NCBI GenBank assembly: GCA_034780895.1
Contig: JAUZTB010000057.1
Coordinates: 27,731,410-27,795,409 of the forward strand
Direction: 5' to 3'
DNA length: 64,000 nucleotides
From: Rhynchobatus australiae
Taxonomy: Eukaryota
Position 1 is the first letter of the stretch; each line of letters opens with the position of its first letter. The position numbers and the translations under genes are program-made. Below the pieces are notes generated by a model, which did not search any database, was not told the origin of the DNA, and saw only the letters and a program-made list of their open reading frames with translations. This document shows positions 12,900-26,036 of the stretch, in pieces.

Positions 12900-13790
12900 C
12901 CTCAACAATTTATAAGAGACTTAGATGAGGGCAACAAAGGTATAGTTGCTTAAATAACACTAACGACAGAGAAATAGGTAGGAAAGTAAGTAGCAGAGAC
13001 AACACAGAGCCTACAAAACAATATAGATAGGTTAAGTGAGTAAGCAAAAATCTGCAAAAAAAAATGTGGGAAGATGTGAANNNNNNNNNNATCAAAATAG
13101 TGTGAGTTTGCAGAACTTGCATGTACAGCAGGATCTGGGTGTTCTGGTGCATGATTCAAAAAAAGGCTAGTTTGCAGGTACAGCAGCTAATTGGGAAAAC
13201 CAAAAGAATATTAGTTATTGTGAGGGGAATTGAATATAAAAGTAGTGAGGTAATGCTCCAGTTAAATTGGAAAGATATTGATGAGACCGCATCTAGAGCA
13301 CTGCATGCTCTGTTCGTTGCCTTATTTAAAGAAGGATAATTGTATATTGGAAGCAGTTCAGGGAAGACTAGACTAATAATTGAAATAGGTTAAATTTTGG
13401 ATGGGCTAGGCTTGTATCTGCAGGAGTTCAGAAGACAGAGCACTAAATTGGAACATCTGAAAATCCCAAGTGGTCTCGGCAGGGTGGATGTAGAGAGGAT
13501 GTTTTGCCCTAGATCTAGGGGTTACAGTTTAAAGATAAGGAGTTTTCCATTTAAAATGGATGAAGAAATTTTTTTCTCACATGCTCATGAGTCTTTGGAA
13601 CTCAGCTTCCACCCCCCTTGAGGAACAGAGTTCTTGAGAATATATTTCAGGAAGACTTGGATTCTCCATGAGTTACCACTAGTAGATGGGAATGTGGAGT
13701 TGAGCAATGATCTTGAGTGATAGAGCACACTTGAGGGGCTGACTGCTCTACTCCCAGTTCCTAATTTGTTTGTTCTATGTTAAGTCGCAT
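12900..13790 (+). mobile_element. CR1-clade LINE 3' fragment (older)
   Basis: degenerate RGIEYKSSEVMLQL and GLGRVDVERMF...RSRGYSLKIR ORF2 motifs. Confidence 0.8.
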
Positions 13791-14154
13791 GGAATGTTCC
13801 TCTAAGGTTGGTAGTACTCCCTACTTTTTGTTTGAGTGATCATTCTCAACTTTAAAGGAAATCCACAGACTACAGGTAGCAATTTTTCCCCAGATCTTTG
13901 TTCAAGTGGTTGTCTGAGATTGACTTATCTTAGTCTAGCAATCAAACTTTAGAGGACTTGGATTTGGTGTGGATTTTACTCAACTGACTTTGGTAGTAGA
14001 TTACTAAAATTTACTCAGTTTTCTATAGACAAATTTTATTTGCTTCCTGATATGTAAATCTGTTCTCCAGTTTTTCCGTCTGTCTTTTTGAACTTACTTT
14101 TTGTGATTCCAATTGGCAAATTATATACTTTGGTTTTGAATTTCCTCTTCCCAG

Positions 14155-14334
14155 GTGTCTCTCCACCACCTGGTGCAGTGCTGGTGTTAAACTCATTGCC
14201 TCTGGAATTTCCTCTGGCAATGGCATTTGCCGAACAGTTGCTGACATGGAAACTGGTTGAAAGAGATGGGAAATCTGAAGATGAACTTGATGCTATTCCT
14301 GGATCTGTTCTCCTCCAGGTTGTTGAGCTGTTTG
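14155..14334 (+). CDS. HECTD4: HECTD4 exon: (G)VSPPPGAVLVLNSLPLEFPLAMAFAEQLLTWKL...LLQVVELF
   Basis: ccag acceptor, gtaaga donor; ORF 14088..14393. Confidence 0.93.
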
Positions 14335-14770
14335 GTAAGACAAATTGCCATAAATGGATTTGTGGACTGTATTTTATGTCTCTTTTATTTTAAAATATGA
14401 TTTATTTTTTAAATATATTAACAATTTCCAGAATCTGACACTGAAGCAAATTTTTACATCTGATGTCCATTCACCAAAAATTGGTAACTTTTCATTTTTG
14501 AGAAATGATAACTTTTCAATGTCGTATGATGCACAGAAACTGCAAGTTAGCTTTTAGTTGAGCCTGATGATCTTATCCAGTATCTACCCACGCATATTTC
14601 AGCTGGCTAGAGATGATGGGTAGTGTTGAGAAGCACTAACACAAGCTGAATTGTGCTATCTTTCCTTGTAGAGGGCAATGTATAACTATGTAGATCTCCC
14701 TAAAGCAGATTAACGCAAATGTACTTTAATGCTTTTTTTCTCTACATTTGATTACTTTCCCAATTCATAG

Positions 14771-16062
14771 CCAACCTCTTGTGGACAACAGACCTTGCCC
14801 CCAGCATAAAGGAGATGATATTCCACCTTCTAGCTGAATTGCTGCGTAAAATTCACCAGCTGGAACAAAAGAAGAATCCGTCTGGCCTGTCATCATCTAT
14901 TGCCATCCAATTAAATCCATGCCTGGCTGTTCTAATGGCAATTCAAACTGAGCTCCGCAAACTGTATGATGAAGAAACACAAAATTGGGTGACTGGGAAC
15001 AGTTCTGGAATTGGGATTGGTGTGACTGACCAGGGTCGTTTTTCCACCTATTTCCATGCTTTGATGGAGATCTGTCTTGCAGTTGCAGAAGTAACACTGC
15101 CCATCAATGTGAGCACTGCAGTGAATGTGATGACCTCCACCAGTGCACCAAGTCTCAGTGATTCCTCCTCTTCCTCCTCCTCTTCACCAGGACAGACACC
15201 ACAGAGCCCAAGCTTGCTCTCCAAGCGGAAAAAAGTCAAAATGAAACGCGAGAAGACATCAGCAACGGGGAAACGGCTCACCTCACGAGGCAGTGAAAGT
15301 GACACTTCAATCCTGAATATTAGTGGAAGTAAACCTGAGGACATGCTTTGGTTCCACAGAGCCTTGACGTTACTCATGATCCTCCGTCATCTAACCAAAA
15401 AGGACCCGCAGGGTCTAGGGATGACAAATGATGCAATTGCAGATGCCTGTCAAGCTTTGGTAGGCTCCACCTCCCACAGCAGGTTGCTGGTGATCTCAGG
15501 CATACCAACACATCTTGAGGAATGCATTGTCCGAAGTGCCATTCGCAGGGCATGCAGTGCACATGGTGGCATATTCAAAGATGAGATTTACATACCACTG
15601 CAAGATGACGACCCTAAGAGATTGAAGGTGAAAACTGATAGCAAGTTGGAAATGGACAAGTCCACAACAGTCATCAGCATGGATAGTATGGATGTAAGCA
15701 GTGGCAGCAGTGTGACACCAGCTATGAGTATGAGTGCCTCTGCCTCTACCAGTCAGACTTCAATTTGCAGCTCACAATGTGTTTCTCGGACAGCAAGTGA
15801 TCTTTCAGTAGATCAGTTTCAAGCAAGTCATGACGTGGCTGCTCCACAGGGTATGATTGATCCCCACACAGTATCCAGTCAGGAGAGCCTGGACTTATCT
15901 CTGTGCAGTACAGGTAGCTTGGGCAGTCTCGGTAGTCTCGGAGAACCCATGGACAGTGCGGACTCTGCTTCCATCTCAGATGTTGGANNNNNNNNNNNNN
16001 NNNNNNNACTGGACAACAATCCACTTGTGTCACGGTCCATCAAAGGTTATGCTATTGTTGAG
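14771..16062 (+). CDS. HECTD4: HECTD4 large exon (1292 nt) with Ser-rich low-complexity tracts and a basic KRKKVKMKREK motif
   Basis: catag acceptor, GAG|gtaaga donor; ORF 14779..16107 (442 aa); the 20-N gap at 15988-16007 preserves frame. Confidence 0.95.
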
Positions 16063-17119
16063 GTAAGATTAGAGTTCAGTATCTTGATTTTAGGTTACAG
16101 TTTATAAAACGAATAATGGAGGAGATGGAATTGTAATTTAAAGGTGGCTTTTAAATTACCTCTCAGATCTGCTTTAAAGTTATTTATTGTGGGGTCCTGC
16201 TGTGAAAGATTCAAATAGTTTTGCATCACATTAGCCATTTAAGTAAATGGCAAAATAATTTAAAATTGTTACATTGTTTACTTTAATTGTGGCTGTTTAA
16301 AGTACCAGTTGAAGCTTCGGATTACATGGTTTTAATGACTTGTGTGAATGCTTGTATTTATGTGATTTGTTTTGTAGTGATTAAACCATTGCCAAATGCA
16401 GTTATATTATTCAAATTCATCCCAACAAAAATGAAATGTTTATCATTTTTCTTCATTAGTTTTCAATTCAGGTCCTTGCCGTGCAATTTTTTTCAGAAAT
16501 TTAATTTTGGAAAGAATTTGGATAATATAGGCTTTGGGCAGTTGTCCCTAAGGCCTACCACCAGACCACCTTGATGGCCTTTTGGTGATTCATACTGTCA
16601 GGTGCTTTCCCAACTCTGACAATCAATGATGTATAAAAGGTTGAAATAGATTTAAATAATTACAAGAAATCATTTTAAAAAAACTTAATGGATATAAACA
16701 CTTCTCAAATGGCAGTTTTGTGGGGAATTGCCAACTGCAGTTTAGTCAAAGCCAGTAATTTTGATAATCCTTTCCTGTCCTTGCTTGCCATTATCTGGCA
16801 TACTTAATATCGTGCAAATTTAGACCTGAAAGAAATTAGGGTACTCCATTAGCTGATAATTTGTGCCACATGGCTGTTTGATCCATCTTGTAAACTATTG
16901 ACTTAAGTCTATTTCTCACTTCTTCCCCATCACCCTTCCTCATTATGTCTGACCCCACCATTCCACCCCAAAGTTTATCAATTTATTGGACCTGAACTTG
17001 GTGTTGACCTACATGTTAAATATAGTCTTGCTTTTTACCAATGTAAATTTGCTCTCTGAAGCCATTCTGATCTCTATCTGCAGGGGTCTTTTTAAAAAAA
17101 AACATTTAATCTTTGTTAT

Positions 17120-17720
17120 TTCATAGAACAGTACAGCACAGTACGAACCCTTCGGCCCACGATGTTGTGCCAACCTATGAAAACCTATTCTATGATCAGT
17201 CTAACCCTTCCCTCCTACACAGCCCATAACCCTCCATTTTCTTACATCCATGTGTCTATCTAAGGGTCTCTTAAATGTCCCTATTGTATCAGCCTCGACT
17301 GCCACCCCCAACAGTGCATTCCTGGCACTCCCCACTCTGCATGGAAAAAAAAACACCTACCTCTGGCATCTCCCCTAAACTTCCCTCTACTCACCTTAAA
17401 CTAATGTTCTCTAATATTGGCCATTGCCGCCCTCTAGAAAAGGTGCTGGCTGTCCACTCTATCTATACCTCTCATAATCTTATACACCTCCTGTCAAGTT
17501 GCCTCTCATTCTGCATCACTCCAAAGAGAAAAGCCCTAGCTCACTTAACCTTTCCTCATAAGACATGTTCCCTAATCCAGGCAGCAACCTGGTAATTCTC
17601 CTCTGCACCCTCTCTAAAATTTCTACATCCTTCCTATAATGAGGCAACCAGAACTGAACACAATACTCTAAGTGTGGTCTAACTGGAATTTTATAGATCT
17701 ACAATACCTCATGGCTCTTG
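17120..17720 (-). mobile_element. CR1-clade LINE 3' fragment
   Basis: tagaacagtacagcacag...ccttcggcccac tail, and body similar to the copies at 30 kb and 62 kb. Confidence 0.85.
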
Positions 17721-18915
17721 CACTTAAAATTCTCAACGGTGTTCAAAACAAAAAACACAATCTCAATTCTAAAAGCATTATTTGCTTACAATGTGTTGGC
17801 AGCCATTCATCCCCAATAAAATACAGGTACCAGTCCAACCTGACAAGGGTTCACCAGATAAATTCCCTACCTTTTAGGGGAGAATTGCTATAAGTTTGTA
17901 CTCTACTGCTATACTTCATGAGGAGCCCTGCATTGAGCACTGTTTGGAACTTGCATGTCCACACAGGAATTCCAAACAACATTTCCCAACAGGTTTTGCC
18001 TTTTTGAGTCCACTTTGAAGAACGTTTATCTCCAGCGATTGTTTCTCCCATCATTGACAGATTTGTTGCATCATCTTGGTCCTCCCATTTTGCATCAGTC
18101 CAAAAGTATTCAGATTGATTGCCCATATTCAAACTTGCCTCAATATATCCATTCAGCATTTCTGTAGTTTTCTTGGTTACTAGTTCTTATACATATTAAA
18201 TTGTGACTACTGTTAGAGTCTCAGCATTTAAAAATACAGTATATTAGTACATCAGTGAACTTCACTGTTGTAATACTTGTCAACTGTTTCTGACAGCCTG
18301 AAGCTCCATTAATAGCTAAAACTAGAGGCATGGAATACATCTTAAGCCATTTTTTTAAAATCAATCCAGGCAACATGAAATTGGAGTTTCACAAAAGAGA
18401 ACAGCACTAATGCTTATCAAAAGTAGGAACAGCAATAAGGAATGAAAATCCCCCAATTAGATGTGTAGAATTATCTTAAGGATTTAACTTAGCTGCCTCA
18501 TTTCAAGCTCTTAAAATGGCTGCTATGGGAAATGACAAAGCCACCCTGACACAAAGATTTATTTACCATTAGTCTTGGGTCAAGAGCACAGAACTCAATT
18601 GTGATGTAGATTCATTCATGCTCTGGCTAGGATAGGTAAATCTGGGACCTTTTAAGATCAGTTTGTAAATGCACCTCCTGAAATATTCCTAATGCAACAG
18701 CCTGCTGATATGGTACCTTTCAGCCTGCATGTAAATAATGGTGAGAGACTGGAGGACAGCAACCACCTGCATAAGCACATCTTAGCATGAGCTAACTCCT
18801 TCAAATTATCAAAGAGAAAACTATTGTTCTTTGCAATATTCTGCAGTAGAAATCCAAGATACTGCTTTGTAAATAACCTATTTTGGGTCATGTGGTAATT
18901 TTTTTTTAAATGTAG

Positions 18916-19123
18916 GTAAGAGCAAGGGCAAAGATCGAAAAGATTCGTGCCAGTCTGTTCAACAGCAGTGACTTAATTGGATTGTCTAGCCTGGAGGGAG
19001 AAGATGAATTGATGGAGATGTCAACAGAGGAGATTTTAACTGTGTCTTCTGTAAATCAGAGCTTGTTTGACACCCAGGGTAGTTCAGCATTAGAAGATTA
19101 TTTCACTGAGAAACTAATAAAAG
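18916..19123 (+). CDS. HECTD4: HECTD4 exon: VRARAKIEKIRASLFNSSDLIGLSSLEGEDELMEMSTEEILTV...EKLIK(G)
   Basis: tgtag acceptor, gtaaga donor; 208 nt phase 0-1. Confidence 0.92.
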
Positions 19124-19769
19124 GTAAGAAAAATGGCTGGCTTGCTGGGGTTCACAAAGCAAAGTCATCTATTTAACATCATAAATATTATACAGCACTG
19201 CACTACACTACAACAGTGGTTGGATTGAGATTTTACTTATGCGATATACAAGTCTTAGTTTGAATTTATAAGGAAACTGTCTGTTTACAAAACACCCAAT
19301 GAATTTCAAGAAAAATTACAAATTGTAGGTATAGACTGCACAATATGTTTCCGAAAATGCTCAACAAAAATAGCCAATGCATTCTGGAGTGGTTCAAAAC
19401 TAACAGTAATGCTTAAATTGCTGCACATATCTGTGACCATCTATGTATTTTATGGTATTAAGTTTATTATTATGGGTTTGAATACAGGCAAAGTATGGAA
19501 ATGCCAATACCACATTGCTGGTTTGTGTGAGTAGTAAGGAGGCTGAATCTGTAGATCAGGCACCTATTTGGTCCCGTCAGCTTCTTGCTGTGGATGCCCT
19601 CTGAAACCCACTTCTTGTGATACTCTTGAGTGTCTTCAATAGTTAGAATTTAAATGTAACTGGACCCCAGTGGGCTGAATGACCTCCTGTATTGGAATAA
19701 GTAACTAACTAATTTGCTTTAGCTTGGACTTGCACCTGTCCCAGAGTATTGTCTGGTAGACTTCATTAA

Positions 19770-20040
19770 TTACAATGCCCCATTTGCCCCTTCAGGGGGA
19801 TGTAAAGATTCCCACATCACTTATCACAAAAGGGCAGGGATTTCTGTCATCATCCAGGTCAACATTTATCATTCAACTGACATGATAAACAGAATATCTG
19901 GTCCTTTATCATGCTTTGTATTGGTGGGATCTAGCTGTGGCTCTTGTGTTTCCCATCAAGGCACTTGATGAGCAGTTCAAACCCTCTTAATTGGCTGTGA
20001 AATATTTCCAGAGTGTCATAAGCTGTCAAATAAATGTTTT
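19770..20040 (+). mobile_element. Deu-domain SINE relic (AmnSINE1/SacSINE1 superfamily)
   Basis: ggatgtaaagattccc...agggcaggga...tccaggtcaacatttatcattcaac...tatctggtc...tggtgggatctagctgtg follows the recalled Deu-domain consensus. Confidence 0.65.
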
Positions 20041-20129
20041 TTTTAAATCAATTTCTAATTTTTAGGAAAATGAAAGAGAAATCAACTCTGATATAATGAA
20101 GGTAATATACAAAGGTTCTTTCTCATTAG

Positions 20130-20353
20130 GTGATAAGGTGGTTCCTGGAGCACGAGATGTTCTTGCAGAGATATTCCGAAGCTGTATACATTCAGAGCAG
20201 ATGCTGAGTCTTGCTCCAGCAAAACCTATCAAAGTTTCTGACATTTTCCTCAGCAAAGAACAGATCAACTCCCAGACACCAGGAAATCTGTTGCAAGTAT
20301 TTTTCACCAATGTCCGGCCACCAAAGAAAGTTTTGGAGGATCAACTCACACAG
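20130..20353 (+). CDS. HECTD4: HECTD4 exon: (G)DKVVPGARDVLAEIFRSC...KKVLEDQLTQ
   Basis: cattag acceptor, gtatgt donor; ORF 20096..20431. Confidence 0.93.
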
Positions 20354-20369
20354 GTATGTGCTTTGGATA

Positions 20370-22740
20370 AGGGCCTGAATTGGTATCCTAATGGGCTTAG
20401 TAGATCACACTCCTCCTTGGGCCATTTCTAAGGAGCATGACTAGTTGTGTCCTCTCTAGTTTTGTGGATTCTGAGGTGACTGATGAGGTCGCTGTAGGAA
20501 CTTCACACCCACAGATGGGGCAGGCAATGCTTGATGAGACAGGCCGGTTGGTAATTCATGAATTGCTGCTCTCCTACTATTTCTGCTGGGCTCCTGACGC
20601 ATGGACTGAGTTATCAATGCCATCCCAAGAGCTGCTCCTTGAGTTTGAATGGTCATACTTCAGGGATTCCTGGGAGTCAGTGGCGATGTTGCAGTTTTCA
20701 GTGAAGTTCTGAGAACATCTTTGAATCTTTTCTTCTGTCCCCCTGTTAAACTCTTCTAGAACAGAGTTGTGAACAGAGTATCTATTTTGGTAGTCTGGTG
20801 TCAGGTATGTGAACAATAGATGCTGATCTTGGTTATTTATTCTGTGGTGGATTTGGAAACTTTGTAGAAATGGCTTTGGGACTATCTCCCTGGTGGCTGA
20901 AGTAGGTAGATGAATCCATGTTGTCCAGTAGACCATGTGCCAGGTTTGAGGTGTTGATTGTCATTCTTTTTCAGTGCTGGTGGACTGACGGTGCTGGTGA
21001 ATTTTGTCATCGATGACTACCTTTGCTGATGGGCGCCTCTCAAGATAGGTGAAGTGGTCCACGTTTACCCCGTCTTGTTGTGGACCTTTAATGTTGGAGG
21101 GCAGTATTGTAGAAGATCTTTGCTTGCCAATGTGTGTGAACAAGTCAGTGATGACTTGGAGTTTGCCCTCTGAATGTCTATGTCTGTGAGCATTATGTGC
21201 ATCCTGCAGTTCATCTACTGAGATTGAAGGTGACCTTGGTTCTAGAATGTAGGTGGCATAAATTAAATAGTTTCCCATTAGTCCTATAGACTAGTTCCAC
21301 TCCAGCAAGTAAGCTTGTTTGAGATGAGGTGCAGCAATGTATTAAGAAAGATTGAAAGAAGTGTTGGTGCAATTACTCAACTGTATTGAGATTGCCTCTA
21401 GTTGTGGACCCATTGTTTAGGATTATGGTTAGAATTATTGTTTGACATCCAAGCAAATATAAAATGGAGATGAATTTCTGCAGACAGCTGAATTTGAGGA
21501 GGGTTTGCCATAGTCTTTCCCAATTGATGGAATCAAAGGCTTTGGTGATGTCAAAAAAAGGCCCTGTGTAGTAGTTGGTGCTGCTCTGTGCATTTATCTT
21601 AGCGTCACAGTGCAGTGAAATTAACTTCATTGTAACTCCAGATGGATGGAATCCACACTGGGATACGGGAACAGCTGTTCGGTCATTGGAAGGAGGCAGT
21701 TGAGGATCCTGGCAATAACTTTCTCTATGATAGACAACAGGGAAACCCTTCTGTTGTTACTGTAACTTTGGGCCAAAATGTTACAGCTTTAGTAGCGAGT
21801 GATAAGGATTTTCTATTATTATATTTTTATATACTCAAGTAACACCAATTTCAAAGCAAGTGATCATTGTAAAGAAGTGAGTTGTGGAATTCATTGTGTT
21901 TGTCCACCTTGGGTTATTTTACCTTGCCCACCAGCAGGAAGAGTTGAGAGGAGAGAAATAAAGATGGTTGCACTCAGATGTACAGTACATTTTTCTTTCT
22001 CCCCTTCTGTATTATGATAATGAAGGTTATTAAAGTGCTGATGAGNNNNNNNNNNNNNNNNNNNNNNNNNNNNNNNNNNNNNNNNNNNNNNNNNNNNNNN
22101 NNNNNNNNNNNNNNNNNNNNNNNNNNNNNNNNNNNNNNNNNNNNNNNNNNNNNNNNAAACTGCAACGCAATACACTGGCAAGAATTGGGCAGGTATCACA
22201 GTGTGAGGGATTGAGTGGTTTTGTTTCTGAATTACATTTTTTTTCTCATTGGTGATTAATGGTCATATAAAAGCTGAAACCTATCCATTATCCAATGCAG
22301 GGGCGTTATTGCTATCTGCGCAGGTAGAAGGTTCTTCACTAAACTGATTTGTTCTTCACATAGCAGCAGCTGGAGAGAGATCCAGAAATGGAAGTCCATC
22401 TTGTCATTAGCACCCACAAAGTTGCTGTTAAGATTTTATTCACAGAGTTTCAACAACACCAACGATTTTCCAGAATACTATGGACCAGATTTGCATAAAC
22501 TGGATCATATCACCTGATTCATGGATGATGCCTGAATTCAGCACCCACAGTAACCAAGCACCTGACATCCTTTGAGGAGATGATGTCCAGATCACAGTGA
22601 TTATTCCATCAGAGTGAAGCTAGCAAAGTGCAGATTCTTGCAAAGACCTTTTGGAATACCTCATCTGTCAAAATGATGTTCAAGGCCTTTGCCTGATTTG
22701 GAGCAAAGAGACTGCACCTTCTCTCAGTGACTAGATGGGT
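20370..22740 (-). mobile_element. Degenerate RTE-clade LINE (RT domain)
   Basis: FFDITKAFDSINWERLWQTLLKFSCLQKFISILYLL (21373..21630) and VNVDHFTYL...IDDKIHQH (20961..21278) are RTE-type RT motifs; interrupted by a gap. Confidence 0.75.
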
Positions 22741-23604
22741 TGCTTCTGGGTTCCCATCCCAAAAAAAAGGGGGGGTGAACTGGCTGCTGTAAATTAGTGT
22801 AGGTGTATGTCAGGAGAACCAGATGGAGAAAATGTTATAGGGAAATATGTGAGACAATGGCACTGCTCTAAGCCAAATGATTGCCTCTTGGGTCATAAGG
22901 AATATGAGATTGTGTTTTGAAAACACCAGCACCAACCAGGACATTCTTAGGTTTGCTAAATCATAATAGGTGTTTCCTTGCTAACCAGTCAACCTTGCTA
23001 CAGCCACCACAATGAATTGTTGCATGCAGAGGCCAGATGTATTTGGTCTCCATGATGTAAAGAGGTAAGCTCTGTCTATTGAATAGCAAGTGGCTATTAC
23101 AGTACCACATAGTTAAGCCATGATTTGTTTGTGATGTTCCCCACATGAAGATGGTGCAGCCAGTCTTGCAGATCTAATGAAGGATCTTTGACATGAAGCA
23201 TTAACTGGATTCCACAGATGCTGCTTTACTGACTGAGTTCCAGCATTTCTGTTTTTCTTGTATGTAACACCTTCGGGTATAGAACAGATTTCNNNNNNNN
23301 NNNNNNNNNNNNNNNNNNNNNNNNNNNNNNNNNNNNNNNNNNNNNNNNNNNNNNNNNNNNNNNNNNNNNNNNNNNNNNNNNNNNNNNNNNNNGAACCCTA
23401 ATACCAAGTAAATGAAATTGTGCTCAAATTGAAAAAAGAAACGCTGAGCATAATCTTTGCGGTCAGGAAATGTCATTAATATTTGTATGGTTGAAAAATT
23501 CAGTTTGCTGATAGTTCACAATCCTCTCTTGACTGTATATCAACAACCAAAGTCAGGAATTCCAAACCTTGCAGCGCTGGACCTTTAACTAGTTAATTTA
23601 CAAC

Positions 23605-24400
23605 AGTGAAGTTGAGTACACTTGTATGTTGTTGGAGATGTATTCATCAAGGCAAGTAGTGAGTATTGCATTACTGCCTTATGCCTTTCAGATGGTAGAA
23701 AGGTTTTGGGGAGACAGGAGGTGAGCCTCAGCCCTGGATACACATCCTTTGCCCTACTTTTGTAGCCACAGTATTTATGTAGCTGTCTGGTTGAGTTCCT
23801 GGTCAATAGTGACCATCCAGGATAATGGGGAACTTGGCTGTGGTAATGACATTGTATGCCAGGGGTAGGTGGTTAGAGACTCTCCTGTTGGAGATGGTTT
23901 TGGCTGGAACTTGTGTTACTTGCCACTTCTCAGCTCATGCCTGAATGTTGCCTTGTGGCATGCAGGCATAAACTGTATCTTGTACTAAAGAATTGTGAAT
24001 AGAACTGAACATCAAGCAAATATGGTGAATATGCCCACTTCTGAAGCAGCTGAAGATGATTAAACATTGAACACTGCCCTGAGAAACATACATGGTGATG
24101 TCCTAGGACTAGGATGATTTGAACACAACACAACCATCTTCCTCTGTGTGAGGTATGACTCCAACCATTGGAGACGTTTCCTAATGACTTCAGTTTTAGT
24201 AGGACTCCTGAAATGCCCCACTCAGTCAAAACCACTTTGATGTCAAGTGTAGTCATTCTCACCTCATCTCAAGAATTCAACTTTTTGTTCCATGTTGGAC
24301 CAAGGCTGCGATGAGATCAGAGTGGTTGATGAAGCCCAAACTAAGCATGGGTGAGCAACATGATTGAGTTAGTGTCATGTGATAGCACTGTTAATGAAAC
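23605..24400 (-). mobile_element. Degenerate LINE fragment, same family as 2660-3690
   Basis: ORF 23930..24262 retains RMTTLDIKVVLTEWGISG, a decayed ALDIKAAFDRVWH RT motif. Confidence 0.7.
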
Positions 24401-24580
24401 ATTCCTTTGCTATTTGTAGTTTTGTTTAAAGCATTGACTTCATATTGTAGAAGTAGTTGTATTTCTGAAATGTCACCTGATGCCATTTGAGAGAGAATTC
24501 TATGAATTATTTCTGTAAACACATCTAGTAACTGTGCTTTGTACAATTTTTAATTATTATTTTTTGTTTACTATCGCAAG

Positions 24581-24732
24581 ATACTGCGGAAGTATGGCAT
24601 ACCCAAACCAAAGTTTGACAAGAGCAAGTACAGTAAAGCAGGAAAGGAGCAGCACCCTGGGAAAGTAGTCAGCACAAAAAGGCCGATTGGCAAACCTCCA
24701 GGCAAAGACAGGTCCGTGCTGAACAGCGTCAG
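24581..24732 (+). CDS. HECTD4: HECTD4 exon: ILRKYGIPKPKFDKSKYSKAGKEQHPGKVVSTKRPIGKPPGKDRSVLNSV
   Basis: AAG acceptor after a T-rich tract, gttcgt donor; translated by hand; recalled as HECTD4. Confidence 0.92.
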
Positions 24733-24742
24733 GTTCGTTGTC

Positions 24743-24787
24743 TTTAATCAGGATGTTTTCCCCTGTTTAATCAGGATGTTCTCCCCT
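24743..24787 (+). repeat. 23-bp tandem duplication tttaatcaggatgtt(t/c)tcccct x2, 10 nt after a splice donor
   Basis: read directly. Confidence 0.9.
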
Positions 24788-25618
24788 CCTATAATCATGA
24801 TTTTGAGTAGTTCAAAGCTTCATGTGAGGTGAGGGGGAGGTAAACGTTATTCTGAAATGCAAGGTTAAGAATTAATACACCATAAAGTCCAGCAGATGAG
24901 TTATATCAATGTAAATAGTACAGCCACAGCATTTATGTGAGTTACCTGCCTCATTGCTTGCAAATGTTACATAAATCTCTAATAAAAAAGGATTCTCCCT
25001 TTTTAACTGCTCAATGCAGAACATTATGGCCCTTAGTAACTTAACTCTAGATGGAAGGCTCAGCATTTTATCCAGACCCTCTATTGCAAATTCATATTAG
25101 CCATGAATAAGATTCCTTGTAAAAAGGAATATTTCAATAATATAGTATTTTTGTTTTAATTTTTGAGTATTGGGCATTAGTAGCTTCCAGGTTATGTTTC
25201 ACCATTTTCTCTCCTCCTAACCTATCCTTTACCAAACGTAATAACTCTTTCTGGACTACATTCCCACATTCACCATCAGCCACTTCTCAACTCTTAATAT
25301 AGGAATTTGTTTTACAGTTAACATGAGAGATTTGTTCCTAATATGGCTCAAAATAAGGGAATCACAGAATGATGACTACAAGCTATTTGTGTTTGACTGT
25401 CAAGTGTTCCAGGTTATAAGATCTTTAAAAAGGATGGAGAAAGTGGAAGGGTTGTTTTCTGACAAAATCCAATTTATTCCAAATTAACATTCAGTCCAGG
25501 GACATGGATGAAAGGTAAAGGAAGGCAATCATGGTCATTAGACTGACTCATCTGTAACAACTTCCTTTTCAAAAAGATCTCTAATATTTATTTGTTTTTT
25601 CTTTTTCTTTCTTTTTAG

Positions 25619-26036
25619 AAGTTTAGAACCCCNNNNNNNNNNNNNNNNNNNNNNNNNNNNNNNNNNNNNNNNNNNNNNNNNNNNNNNNNNNNNNNNNNNN
25701 NNNNNNNNNNNNNNNNNNNNNNNNNNNNNNNNNNNNNNNNNNNNNNNNNNNNNNNNNNNNNNNNNNNNNNNNNNNNNNNNNNNNNNNNNNNNNNNNNNNN
25801 NNNNNNNNNNNNNNNNNNNNNNNNNNNNNNNNNNNNNNNNNNNNNNNNNNNNNNNNNNNNNNNNNNNNNNNNNNNNNNNNNNNNNNNNNNNNNNNNNNNN
25901 NNNNNNNNNNNNNNNNNNNNNNNNNNNNNNNNNNNNNNNNNNNNNNNNNNNNNNNNNNNNNNNNNNNNNNNNNNNNNNNNNNNNNNNNNNNNNNNNNNNN
26001 NNNNNNNNNNNNNNNNNNNNNNNNNNNNNNNNNNNN
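25619..26036 (+). CDS. HECTD4: Inferred HECTD4 exon mostly hidden in an assembly gap (boundaries unknown)
   Basis: flanking exons are phase-incompatible (2 vs 1); strong pyrimidine tract + AG just left of the gap, gtaaca just right of it. Confidence 0.6.
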
